A stretch of DNA of 64,000 nt from a candidate division WOR-3 bacterium (GTDB lineage: Bacteria; Hydrothermota; Tepidihabitantia; Tepidihabitantales; Tepidihabitantaceae): NCBI GenBank assembly GCA_965649225.1, contig CBFGJX010000006.1, positions 32,001-96,000 of the forward strand, in the 5' to 3' direction. How positions within the stretch are numbered: position 1 is the first letter of the stretch; each line of letters begins with the position of its first letter. Position numbers and translations under genes: made by a program. The notes beneath the pieces were generated by a model, which saw only the letters and a list, made by a program, of their open reading frames with translations, searched no databases and was not told where the DNA came from. Shown here piece after piece: positions 12,483 through 20,888 of this stretch.

Positions 12483-13014
12483 ATCGCAACAACGGCACCA
12501 GCGCCAGCGCCAGGCGCAGAGTCAGATTGGCACAGACCCCGGCAAGCAGGTCATCGGTCATCACACCCCAGCCACCGGGCAGACGCTGTGACCGGTCAAC
12601 AAACGGCAGCTTGACGACGTCAAAAAACCGCCAGATGAGGAAACCGGCACCGAGTCCCCAGAGCGATACCGGGTTAAAAAGGAAGGTCACCAGCGTGCCC
12701 ACCACTTCGTCCAGCGTGACCGGGTGTGGGTCCCGGCCCCAGAAACCCTCAAGATAGCCGGCGATTGGCACGCCGGCAAAAAACAGCCCGACAATCAGGG
12801 CTGTCGCCAGCAGTGGTTGCCGGGCAAGAAAGTAGCCGGGCACGAGCATCAACAGACTGGTGAAACTTGCCGGAGCAAAAGGGAAGAAACCACTGCCCAG
12901 CGCAGTCCCGATGGCAGCGGCAAAGACAAAGCGCGCCCCCCGGGCGCGGGGGCGCGGCGCCTTGTCGATGGAATCGTTTAACGACGGCGTTTGCTCGGGA
13001 AGCGCTGCTCCCAT
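12475..13014 (-). CDS. pgpA: Phosphatidylglycerophosphatase A
   Basis: GSGFFPFAP, DP..VTLDEVVG, RFFDVVK, GGWGVMTDDLLAG; start uncertain. Confidence 0.9.
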   Translation of the reverse strand: MGAALPEQTPSLNDSIDKAPRPRARGARFVFAAAIGTALGSGFFPFAPASFTSLLMLVPGYFLARQPLLATALIVGLFFAGVPIAGYLEGFWGRDPHPVTLDEVVGTLVTFLFNPVSLWGLGAGFLIWRFFDVVKLPFVDRSQRLPGGWGVMTDDLLAGVCANLTLRLALALVPLLRYA

Positions 13015-13880
13015 TCGACAACAAAATTGGCCACGACAAAAACCGATGAATAGGTACCAATCAACAGCCCGACGGTAAGCACCAGGGCGAAATCCTTGAT
13101 GCTCGCGGCACCAAAGACCAGCAGGGCAACCGAAACGAACAAGGTTGTTGCGGCGGTAATCACCGTTCGGCTGAGCGTCTGATTGATTGCCGCGTTGCAG
13201 ACATCGGCAAACGATTCCTTGCGCATCTTGCGGACATCCTCGCGGATACGGTCGGAAACGACGATCGAGTCATTTACCGAGTAACCGATCACGGTCAACA
13301 CTGCAGCAATCAAGGTCGTCGTCACCTCGCGCCCAAGCGCCGAGACAACCCCCAGGGTGATGGTCGTGTCGTGAATCAATGCCAGCACCGCGCCGAGCCC
13401 GAATCGGAAATCGAACCGGAAACTGACATATATCAGGATACCGACGATGCCCAGCAGAATCGCCAGCAGCACCTTGCCCTGCAGTTCCCGCGAAACCTGC
13501 GGGCCGACCGTATCTTCACTCAGAATCTCAAACCGATTGTCGGGAAACGACTCGGCAAGCTGACGGGAAAGGACTGTCGAGAATGACTCGTTACCGCTGA
13601 ACTCCCGGGCGGCTACCCGGATAATAAAGTCACCCCGCTCATCGCGTTGCAGGCCGGCATTGGCCTCGCCAATGCGGGCCAGCGCTGCCCGCATTGCCTC
13701 GGTCGTTACCGGCTTCTCAAAACGCAGTTGAATGATTGAACCGCCGGTGAAGTCAACTCCATAATTGAATCCGCGCAGGATTATCAGCCCGAGACTGACC
13801 ACAACCAGTGCCGCTGATAGTACGAAAAAGATCCGCCGCTTGCTGACGAAACGAATCTTGGTATCGCCAAACAGTCGCAT
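12978..13880 (-). CDS. secF: Protein translocase subunit SecF
   Basis: GVDFTGG, VGPQV, HD, GYSVNDSIVV.DRIRE, LSRT, GTYSS motifs. Confidence 0.96.
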   Translation of the reverse strand: MRLFGDTKIRFVSKRRIFFVLSAALVVVSLGLIILRGFNYGVDFTGGSIIQLRFEKPVTTEAMRAALARIGEANAGLQRDERGDFIIRVAAREFSGNESFSTVLSRQLAESFPDNRFEILSEDTVGPQVSRELQGKVLLAILLGIVGILIYVSFRFDFRFGLGAVLALIHDTTITLGVVSALGREVTTTLIAAVLTVIGYSVNDSIVVSDRIREDVRKMRKESFADVCNAAINQTLSRTVITAATTLFVSVALLVFGAASIKDFALVLTVGLLIGTYSSVFVVANFVVEWEQRFPSKRRR

Positions 13881-13881
13881 C

Positions 13882-15561
13882 TTATATCCTCAGCTTCCTG
13901 ACCTCAAAGCGAGCTAGCCACCAGTCGAACACCCAGCGGGTCATGAACACAGCGGTGATAACGTTGATCACCAGACCGGCAACGAGCGTGATTGCAAAGC
14001 CGCGAATCGGCCCTGAGCCGACAAAGTAGAGCGCAATCGCGGTAATCACGGTCGTCGCGTTCGCATCGATGATCGTTACCAGCGCCCGGTCATAGCCGGC
14101 GTCCACCGCCGCCATGACGGTCTTGCCCCAGCGTAGTTCTTCTCTTATCCGTTCAAACACCAGCACGTTGGCATCTACCGCCATGCCGACAGTCAAAGCG
14201 ATGCCGGCCAGTCCGGGCAGGGTCAGCGTCGCCCGCAGCCCGGAGAGCACTGCCAGCAGGAAAAGCAGATTGAACACCAGGGCGGCATCTGCCAGGAGTC
14301 CGCCGGTTGAATAGTAGACGAGCATGAATAGCAGCACGGCAACCGCGCCGATAATGATTGCAATGATGCCGCGCCGGATTGAATCGCTGCCCAGCGTCGC
14401 GTCAACCGAACGTTCCTCGACGATCTTCACCGGCGCCGGCAGCGCCCCGGAGCGCAGAACGATCGCGAGGTCACGGGCCTCGTCCGGGTTCACTTCATTG
14501 GTTGTAATCATCGCGTTGCCGTCCGGAATGCGCGTCTGTATCACCGGGGCCGACTTCACGACGCCATCAAGCACGATCGCCAGCCGCCGGCCGATATTAC
14601 GGCCGGTGACCTGGGCGAATGTTGCGGCATCCTTGCGGCCAAGCTTGAGGCTGACGATCCAGGTGTTTGACAACCCCGGTTCCGACCCCTGATACGGCGC
14701 CGGACGGGCGTCCTTGATTGCCGAACCAAGCATCTCCGGCTCTGCCTTCAACACGTAGAGCCGACGCACTGTTCGATTCTCATGCCGTTCCGCCGGCCCG
14801 AAAAGCAGCTCAAAACCCTCGGGCCAGAATTGACGCGACCGTTCATAAAGCCGCCGGAACTCCGGCAGATCAGCCTCTTCAACCCCGAAGTCTCCCCCGA
14901 CCGTCTGAATGTAGGAGAGGAAACTGCCGGCTTCAGCCGAGTCACCGATCGCTGCCGGTCCGGTATCGCTGGTCACAGGCCTAGCCAGCGAATCGCCCGA
15001 CGTAGCCGCCCCGTCGCCGGCACCACTCTTCAGCCGTTCATCGATAGTCTTGAAGACATCGTAGGCGACCCGCTCTTCAGCGACCAGTTGAAACTTCAGC
15101 TGCGCGGTCTGACCAATCAGCGCCTTTGCCCGCTCGCGATCAACCCCGGGCAGCTGAATCAATATCCGGTCCTGGCCGGTCTTCTGAATCACCGGCTCGA
15201 ACACTCCGAACTCGTCAATACGGTTGCGGATAACTTCGAGAGCACGGTCACCGGCATCGCGGGCGTCATCACCACTGAGCCCGGTTTTGTCGACCTCCAG
15301 TACCAGATGCATGCCGCCGACAAGGTCAAGTCCGAGATGCAGCGCCCGTTTATGTACCGCCGCCTTCTGATTCTCAAGTCGTGCCATCTCGGCCAGAACC
15401 TCGGCACTGTCGCTGCGACTGGTGGCACGGCCGAGTTTGGCCACCAGTGCCTGCTCCTGTTTGGGAAGCTGGAAATAGAGTCGGTAAGTGGGAACGAGCG
15501 CCCAGACCGCCAGCACCAGCGCCACGGCAATCACCGCGAACTTTACTCGTGCGCCTCTCAA
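13882..15561 (-). CDS. secD: Protein translocase subunit SecD
   Basis: LGLDLVGG, RNRIDEFGV.EP, LRSGALPAP, GMAVDANVL.FERIREE motifs. Confidence 0.96.
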   Translation of the reverse strand: MRGARVKFAVIAVALVLAVWALVPTYRLYFQLPKQEQALVAKLGRATSRSDSAEVLAEMARLENQKAAVHKRALHLGLDLVGGMHLVLEVDKTGLSGDDARDAGDRALEVIRNRIDEFGVFEPVIQKTGQDRILIQLPGVDRERAKALIGQTAQLKFQLVAEERVAYDVFKTIDERLKSGAGDGAATSGDSLARPVTSDTGPAAIGDSAEAGSFLSYIQTVGGDFGVEEADLPEFRRLYERSRQFWPEGFELLFGPAERHENRTVRRLYVLKAEPEMLGSAIKDARPAPYQGSEPGLSNTWIVSLKLGRKDAATFAQVTGRNIGRRLAIVLDGVVKSAPVIQTRIPDGNAMITTNEVNPDEARDLAIVLRSGALPAPVKIVEERSVDATLGSDSIRRGIIAIIIGAVAVLLFMLVYYSTGGLLADAALVFNLLFLLAVLSGLRATLTLPGLAGIALTVGMAVDANVLVFERIREELRWGKTVMAAVDAGYDRALVTIIDANATTVITAIALYFVGSGPIRGFAITLVAGLVINVITAVFMTRWVFDWWLARFEVRKLRI

Positions 15562-16274
15562 GAATAAACCTCCATTATCCGTTTCATTTCGGCTACCGCC
15601 GCCGTCAATCCGACATAGACCGACCGCGCGACGATCGCAAAACCGATACTGTAACCATCAGCAAAACCTGCCGCAAGAATCGGCACGACGTTACGATAGT
15701 TCAGGCCGTGGCCGACAAAAACCTCAAGTCCCTTTTCGCGGGCGACAGTTGCCGCCTCAACCAACCGATTGAGCTCGCCGGCAGAGTTACGTCCGGCCCG
15801 GCTGTAACGGTCGGTGTTGAGCTCGACACCGGTGGCACCGCAATCGGCCGCAGCAGCAACCTGCCGACCGACCGGATCGACAAAAACCGCCACCCTGCTG
15901 CCGCTCCGGCGCAGACGGCCAACCACTGTTCGCAGCCCGGCGCCGGCAGCAACAACATCCAGCCCGCCGGTAGTCGTTACCTCAGTACGTACCTCCGGTA
16001 CCAGTGTTACGGCATCGGGCCGGATCCGGGCCATCAGGCGAACCATCGCTTCGGTTGCCGCCATCTCCACCGTCAGTTCCGTCGTTACCGTCCGGCGCAG
16101 CAGTTCGACATCCCGATCGTTGATGTGACGCCGGTCGGCACGAAGATGGACCGTTATGCCGTCAGCCCCGCCCAGTTCAACAAAAGCCGCCGCCTGCACC
16201 GGGTCGGGAAAAGCCTCCCGGCGCGCCTGGCGCAAGGTTGCAACATGGTCAATATTGACCGAAAGGTGGGGCAC
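15558..16274 (-). CDS. pdxJ: Pyridoxine 5'-phosphate synthase
   Basis: LSVNIDHVATLRQAR, PDPV, GADGITVHLR.DRRHI, GHGL.Y motifs; start moved to GTG 16274. Confidence 0.94.
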   Translation of the reverse strand: MPHLSVNIDHVATLRQARREAFPDPVQAAAFVELGGADGITVHLRADRRHINDRDVELLRRTVTTELTVEMAATEAMVRLMARIRPDAVTLVPEVRTEVTTTGGLDVVAAGAGLRTVVGRLRRSGSRVAVFVDPVGRQVAAAADCGATGVELNTDRYSRAGRNSAGELNRLVEAATVAREKGLEVFVGHGLNYRNVVPILAAGFADGYSIGFAIVARSVYVGLTAAVAEMKRIMEVYS

Positions 16275-16284
16275 AATGAAGCGC

Positions 16285-16366
16285 ATTCTAGAAGCGTTCA
16301 GCGTAAAAGTCAAGGCAGAGCGCCGGCGGAGTCGGGATTGCAGTCGCAGTTTCAGGCAGTTATAAT
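16285..16366. promoter_or_regulatory. Divergent promoters for pdxJ-secDF (-) and the DUF4438 gene (+)
   Basis: Minus: TTGACT-N17-TAGAAT (16313-16285); plus: TTGCAG-N17-TATAAT (16338-16366). Confidence 0.6.
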
Positions 16367-16391
16367 TCCTTTTACCCGAAAGGAGCCTGCG

Positions 16392-17297
16392 ATGCTGCGC
16401 ACCAACTCCGACCGTGTCGTCAAGCTGTCAGTCCAGGGCCGGGTATCTTACCCCTCGGGTCGCCGCGGCTATGCGGTTGACGCCGAAGGCCGGCCGTTCA
16501 TGCTGCCCGGCATCGGCGGCATCTGCTACAACGTCCGCGTCGGCGACCCGGCCTTCGGCTGGGCCGGTGACCACATCGAACCCGGAGTCTCCACCTGTGT
16601 TGACCCGGAAAAGCGAATGGACCCGGCCAACACCTCCTACCACTTCTATTCCTGCGTCGGCAACGAAGTGCGGGTCGTCTCCGGCGATGCCAAGGGCGCC
16701 CGCGGCGTCGTTACCGGCCACCACGGCGGGGCCGAACACGTACTGGTGGACTTTCCGCCCGCAGTCCTGAACAAGCTGACCCTCGACGACAAGTTTCTGG
16801 TGATGGCCTGGGGTCAGGGATTGAAACTGCTCGACTACCCCGATGTTCACGTCACCAATCTCGATCCGGACCTGCTCCAGAAAATGGGCATCCGGCCCCT
16901 CAAAGACGGCCGACTGCAGGTACCGGTTGCCGCAGTCATACCCGGTTATCTGATGGGGTCGGGCGTCGGCTCGACCTCCATGGGCACCGGTGATTACGAT
17001 GTGATGACCACCGACCGCGCCGAGATTGCCCGGCTCGGCCTCGATCGCCTCCGTTTCGGCGATTTCGTCGCCATCACCGACCACGACAATATCTACGGCC
17101 GCAGCTGGCGCAAGGGGGCTGTAACCATCGGCATCGTCATTCACTCCGACTGTCTCGTCGCCGGTCACGGGCCGGGCATCACGACGCTGTTATCATCGTC
17201 CCGCCCCCTGCTGGTGCCGCAACTCGACCGTCGGGCCAACATTGCCGACATACTGCACATCGGCACCGGTCGGACAAAAAAGGCTGCTCGCCGGTGA
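16392..17297 (+). CDS. DUF4438 family protein
   Basis: LPGIGGICYNV.VGD, GDHIEPGVS, VTGHHGG.EHV, MGSG.G, GDYD, HSDC..AGHGPG; AAGGAG RBS. Confidence 0.85.
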   Translation: MLRTNSDRVVKLSVQGRVSYPSGRRGYAVDAEGRPFMLPGIGGICYNVRVGDPAFGWAGDHIEPGVSTCVDPEKRMDPANTSYHFYSCVGNEVRVVSGDAKGARGVVTGHHGGAEHVLVDFPPAVLNKLTLDDKFLVMAWGQGLKLLDYPDVHVTNLDPDLLQKMGIRPLKDGRLQVPVAAVIPGYLMGSGVGSTSMGTGDYDVMTTDRAEIARLGLDRLRFGDFVAITDHDNIYGRSWRKGAVTIGIVIHSDCLVAGHGPGITTLLSSSRPLLVPQLDRRANIADILHIGTGRTKKAARR

Positions 17298-17302
17298 CCG
17301 CC

Positions 17303-17330
17303 TTGACCGCCGAAGCCGCCAAAGTATCAT
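17303..17330 (+). promoter_or_regulatory. Promoter of rmlC-like/rib operon (predicted leaderless)
   Basis: TTGACC-N16-TATCAT, 7 nt before GTG. Confidence 0.65.
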
Positions 17331-17337
17331 TATTGTT

Positions 17338-17793
17338 GTGATTCAAGGAGTTCGACTCAAGGCTCTCTGCCGCATCCCTGACGAACGCGGGATGGTAATG
17401 GAGATTCTCCGTGCTGACGACGAGCTGTTTGAAAAATTCGGCCAGGTTTACCTCTCGCTGGTCTATCCCGGAGTCGTCAAAGGCTGGCATGCCCACCGCA
17501 TCCAGACCGACAATTTCGCTATCATCCGGGGTATGGCCAAGGTCGTCCTCTACGATGGCCGTGCCGACTCGCCCACCCGCGGCGAAGTAATGGAACTGTT
17601 TCTCGGCGAGCAGAATCCTCAGCTCGTCCAGATTCCCCCCGGTGTCATCCACGGCATGAAGGGTATCGGCACCAAGACCGCCTGGATGTTGAACATTCCG
17701 ACCGAACCCTACAATCACCAGTCGCCGGATGAAGTCCGCCGGCCGCCTGACGACCCGGCGATCCCCTACGACTGGCGGCTCAAACAACGGTGA
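17338..17793 (+). CDS. dTDP-4-dehydrorhamnose 3,5-epimerase (RmlC-like cupin)
   Basis: [34 protein letters not shown] motifs. Confidence 0.88.
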   Translation: MIQGVRLKALCRIPDERGMVMEILRADDELFEKFGQVYLSLVYPGVVKGWHAHRIQTDNFAIIRGMAKVVLYDGRADSPTRGEVMELFLGEQNPQLVQIPPGVIHGMKGIGTKTAWMLNIPTEPYNHQSPDEVRRPPDDPAIPYDWRLKQR

Positions 17794-19052
17794 AAAAGAC
17801 CTCCCCGACTGCCCGCCGTGCCGGCGGCTTTGCCACCGTCGATGCCGCCGTCGCCGACATTCGCGCCGGGCGACTGGTTATTGTCACCGACGACGAAGCG
17901 CGCGAAAACGAGGGCGACCTCGTCTGCGCGGCGGCGAAAATCACCCCCGACAAGGTCAACTTCATGACCCGCTACGGCCGCGGTCTGGTCTGCGTTGCGC
18001 TCACCCCGGAACGATGCGCTGCCCTGCGCCTGACGCCCCAGAGCGAAGGCAACACCGCTCTGCACGGCACCGCCTTCACCGTCTCGGTTGACGCCATCCG
18101 CGGCACGACAACCGGCATCTCCGCCCGCGACCGGGCAATCACCATCAAGGCGCTGGTCGATCCCCGCACCCGTCCCGACGACCTCGCCCGTCCCGGCCAC
18201 GTCTTCCCGCTGGTTGCTGCCGACGGCGGGGTACTGGTACGCGCCGGCCACACCGAGGCCGCGGTTGACCTGGCCCGTCTGGCCGGCCTGGAGCCGGCCG
18301 GTGTGTTGTGTGAAATCATGGCTGACGACGGTTCAATGGCCCGCCTGCCCGAGCTGCGACGGCTGGCCCGCCGGTTCCAGCTCAAGATTGTCACCATCCG
18401 CGACCTGATTGCCGCCCGCCGCCGCAGTGAACTGCTGGTACGGCGCATCGTTGAAACCAACCTGCCGACCAAGTACGGTGAGTTCCGCTGTATCGTCTAT
18501 GAAGAAGTCGCCGAACCCTATGCCCATCTCGCACTGGTGCGCGGCGAAGTCCGCGGCCGGGAACGGGTCCTGGTACGGGTTCATTCCCAGTGTCTTACCG
18601 GCGACGTGCTGCACTCCCTGCGCTGCGACTGCGGCGCCCAGCTCGACCAGGCGCTACGACTGATTGCCCGTGAAGGCCGGGGCGTACTGCTTTACATGCG
18701 TCAGGAAGGTCGCGGCATCGGCATCGCCAACAAACTGCGCGCCTACGCCCTGCAGGACCGCGGGCTCGACACTGTCCAGGCCAATCTGGCGCTGGGCTTC
18801 GCCCCCGACCTGCGCGACTACGGCATCGGTGCCCAGATTCTCGCCGACCTCGGGCTGACCAGCATCCGGCTGCTGACCAACAACCCGCGCAAGATTGTCG
18901 GGCTGCGCGGCTTCGGGCTTGAAGTCGTCGAGCGCGTACCGATCGTCGTCCGACCCGGGCGACGCAACATCCGCTATCTGGTGACCAAGCGCGACCGGCT
19001 CGGCCACCTGCTGGGCGATATTGAGAAAGGAGTCACCATTGGAGACAGCTGA
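17790..19052 (+). CDS. ribBA: Bifunctional DHBP synthase / GTP cyclohydrolase II
   Basis: [43 protein letters not shown] motifs. Confidence 0.97.
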   Translation: MKKTSPTARRAGGFATVDAAVADIRAGRLVIVTDDEARENEGDLVCAAAKITPDKVNFMTRYGRGLVCVALTPERCAALRLTPQSEGNTALHGTAFTVSVDAIRGTTTGISARDRAITIKALVDPRTRPDDLARPGHVFPLVAADGGVLVRAGHTEAAVDLARLAGLEPAGVLCEIMADDGSMARLPELRRLARRFQLKIVTIRDLIAARRRSELLVRRIVETNLPTKYGEFRCIVYEEVAEPYAHLALVRGEVRGRERVLVRVHSQCLTGDVLHSLRCDCGAQLDQALRLIAREGRGVLLYMRQEGRGIGIANKLRAYALQDRGLDTVQANLALGFAPDLRDYGIGAQILADLGLTSIRLLTNNPRKIVGLRGFGLEVVERVPIVVRPGRRNIRYLVTKRDRLGHLLGDIEKGVTIGDS

Positions 19053-19503
19053 ATACAAAGGCAAACTCGACGCCACCGGCAAACGATTCGCACTGGTGGT
19101 GGCCCGCTTCAACGAACTGGTCAGCCGCCAGTTGCGCGACGGTGCGCTGGACTGTCTGGAACGTCACAATGCCCGCAGCGCCGCGGTCTGGTGGGTAGCC
19201 GGTGCCTGGGAGATTGCACCGGTTGCGCTTCGGCTCGCCCGTTCCGGCCGGTTCGATGCAATAATTGCGCTGGGCGCCGTCATTCGCGGTGACACTCCGC
19301 ATGCCGAGTACATCTCCACCGAAGTCGCCAAAGGCCTGGCCCACGTCTGGCTGGAAACCGGCGTCCCGGCCGCCTTCGGCATCATCACCGCTGACACACT
19401 CGAGCAGGCGCTGGAACGAGCCGGCGCCAAGGCCGGCAACAAGGGCTGGACCGCCGCCCAGTCGGCGATCGAGATGGTCAGCCTGGCGGGAGAAATCGGC
19501 TAG
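19039..19503 (+). CDS. ribH: 6,7-dimethyl-8-ribityllumazine synthase
   Basis: [41 protein letters not shown] before TTG 19039. Confidence 0.96.
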   Translation: METAEYKGKLDATGKRFALVVARFNELVSRQLRDGALDCLERHNARSAAVWWVAGAWEIAPVALRLARSGRFDAIIALGAVIRGDTPHAEYISTEVAKGLAHVWLETGVPAAFGIITADTLEQALERAGAKAGNKGWTAAQSAIEMVSLAGEIG

Positions 19504-19513
19504 CAGCATAACG

Positions 19514-19945
19514 ATGACCAGTCGGCGCATAGCGCGCGAATGTGCGCTTGAAACCCTCTACCGGCATGAACTGGTCGGCGACGACCCCGATGCGGTCATG
19601 GACGAAATCCTCAGTCGCAAGAACCCCTCACGCGAAGCCGAAGATTACCTGCGCCGGATTGTCAACGCGGTCCTCGACAACCAGCCGGCGATCGATTCCC
19701 TGCTCCGGCGTCATCTGCGCCGCTGGCGGCTGGAGCGGCTGACCGCGCTCGACCGCGCCACGCTGCGAATTGCCGCGGCCGAGCTGTCGCTGTTTGACGA
19801 CGTGCCGCCGCTGGTGATCATCAACGAGGCGGTTGAAATCGCCAAAAAGTTCGGCGATGACAATGCCGGTCGGTTTGTCAACGGCGTTCTCGACAGTGTC
19901 TATCGCGAAACCCGGCCCGATTCAAAACTGGAGACTAACCCCTGA
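19514..19945 (+). CDS. nusB: Transcription antitermination factor NusB
   Basis: SRRIARE, W.LERL..LDR, INEAVEIAKKFG, FVNGVLD motifs; follows ribH. Confidence 0.95.
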   Translation: MTSRRIARECALETLYRHELVGDDPDAVMDEILSRKNPSREAEDYLRRIVNAVLDNQPAIDSLLRRHLRRWRLERLTALDRATLRIAAAELSLFDDVPPLVIINEAVEIAKKFGDDNAGRFVNGVLDSVYRETRPDSKLETNP

Positions 19946-20670
19946 GATTCGGCATCTTTTCTGACGTTCACGGCAACCTCGAAGCACTGCTGGTCGTGCT
20001 CGACTTTCTGCGCCAAAACGACTGCTCGCGACTGGTCTGCTGCGGCGACATTGTCGGCTACGGTCCCGACCCGGCGGCCTGCATCGAATCTCTGCGGGCC
20101 AGCCGCGTCAGTGTTGTCTGTGGCAATCACGACGCCGCCGCCGTCGGCCGGAAATCCACCGACGACTTCAGCACTGCCGCTGCCCAGGCGATAGTCTGGA
20201 CGCGCGGCGTACTCCGTGACGACGATGTCCTGTTTCTGGAAAACCTGCCGCTGACTGAACGACTCAATCCGTTCCTGTTCGTCCACGGCGCACCCGGCGA
20301 GCCCGAGGCGTTCGACTACATCCTTTCGGTCCGGGACGCTCAGGATGCGCTCGAAGACTGCACCGACCGGCTCTGCATTGTCGGTCACACCCACCAGCCG
20401 CTGGTAGTCGAGCTTGTCAACGGCGAACCACTGCAGATTCTCCGTCCCGACCGCTTCATTGTTCGCGACAACGCCCGCTATCTGGTCAATGTCGGCAGCG
20501 TCGGTCAGCCGCGCGACGGCGACCCGCGGGCCTGCTGTGCAATCTACGACACCGCCAGCGGCGAGTTCTCGTTTCACCGGCTGCCCTACGACATCACGGC
20601 AGTACAAAGCCGCATCCGGTCCGCTGGCCTGCCGGAGTTTCTTGCTGCCCGCCTCGCTTCCGGCTGCTGA
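19942..20670 (+). CDS. Metallophosphoesterase family protein (probable CTG start)
   Basis: SDVHGN, GDIVGYGP, GNHD, HG, GHTH, NVGSVGQPRDGDPRA; the first motif lies upstream of the first ATG/GTG/TTG. Confidence 0.9.
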   Translation: MRFGIFSDVHGNLEALLVVLDFLRQNDCSRLVCCGDIVGYGPDPAACIESLRASRVSVVCGNHDAAAVGRKSTDDFSTAAAQAIVWTRGVLRDDDVLFLENLPLTERLNPFLFVHGAPGEPEAFDYILSVRDAQDALEDCTDRLCIVGHTHQPLVVELVNGEPLQILRPDRFIVRDNARYLVNVGSVGQPRDGDPRACCAIYDTASGEFSFHRLPYDITAVQSRIRSAGLPEFLAARLASGC

Positions 20671-20839
20671 CCAGAAAATCAGCCCAGACCTGCAACCCGG
20701 CTTACGGTCTGGCCTGCTTTTTCCGGCTGAACACTGCCGGCCAGTCCCGATGACCTAGAGCTGACCTGTCGCCCGCCACACAACCACAGGTCAGACTCTC
20801 CGGCCAGCATCGTCGTTGACGCCTTGCCGTCCAAAACTG

Positions 20840-20871
20840 AAAAAGAAGGGCGGAGCTGCCTCCGCCCTTCT
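20840..20871 (-). terminator. Rho-independent terminator of the S8 peptidase gene
   Basis: 12-bp stem AGAAGGGCGGAG/CTCCGCCCTTCT, 4-nt loop, T-run on the minus strand. Confidence 0.8.
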
Positions 20872-20888
20872 CAAGCAGTTGAGCCGGT

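Noticed and set aside
15381..16391. N-terminal extension of the 638-aa ORF
   Set aside because: Antisense to secD/pdxJ; the promoter and RBS place the real start at 16392
17298..17790. FMN riboswitch before the rib genes
   Set aside because: No room; ribBA overlaps the upstream CDS and no RFN sequence is visible
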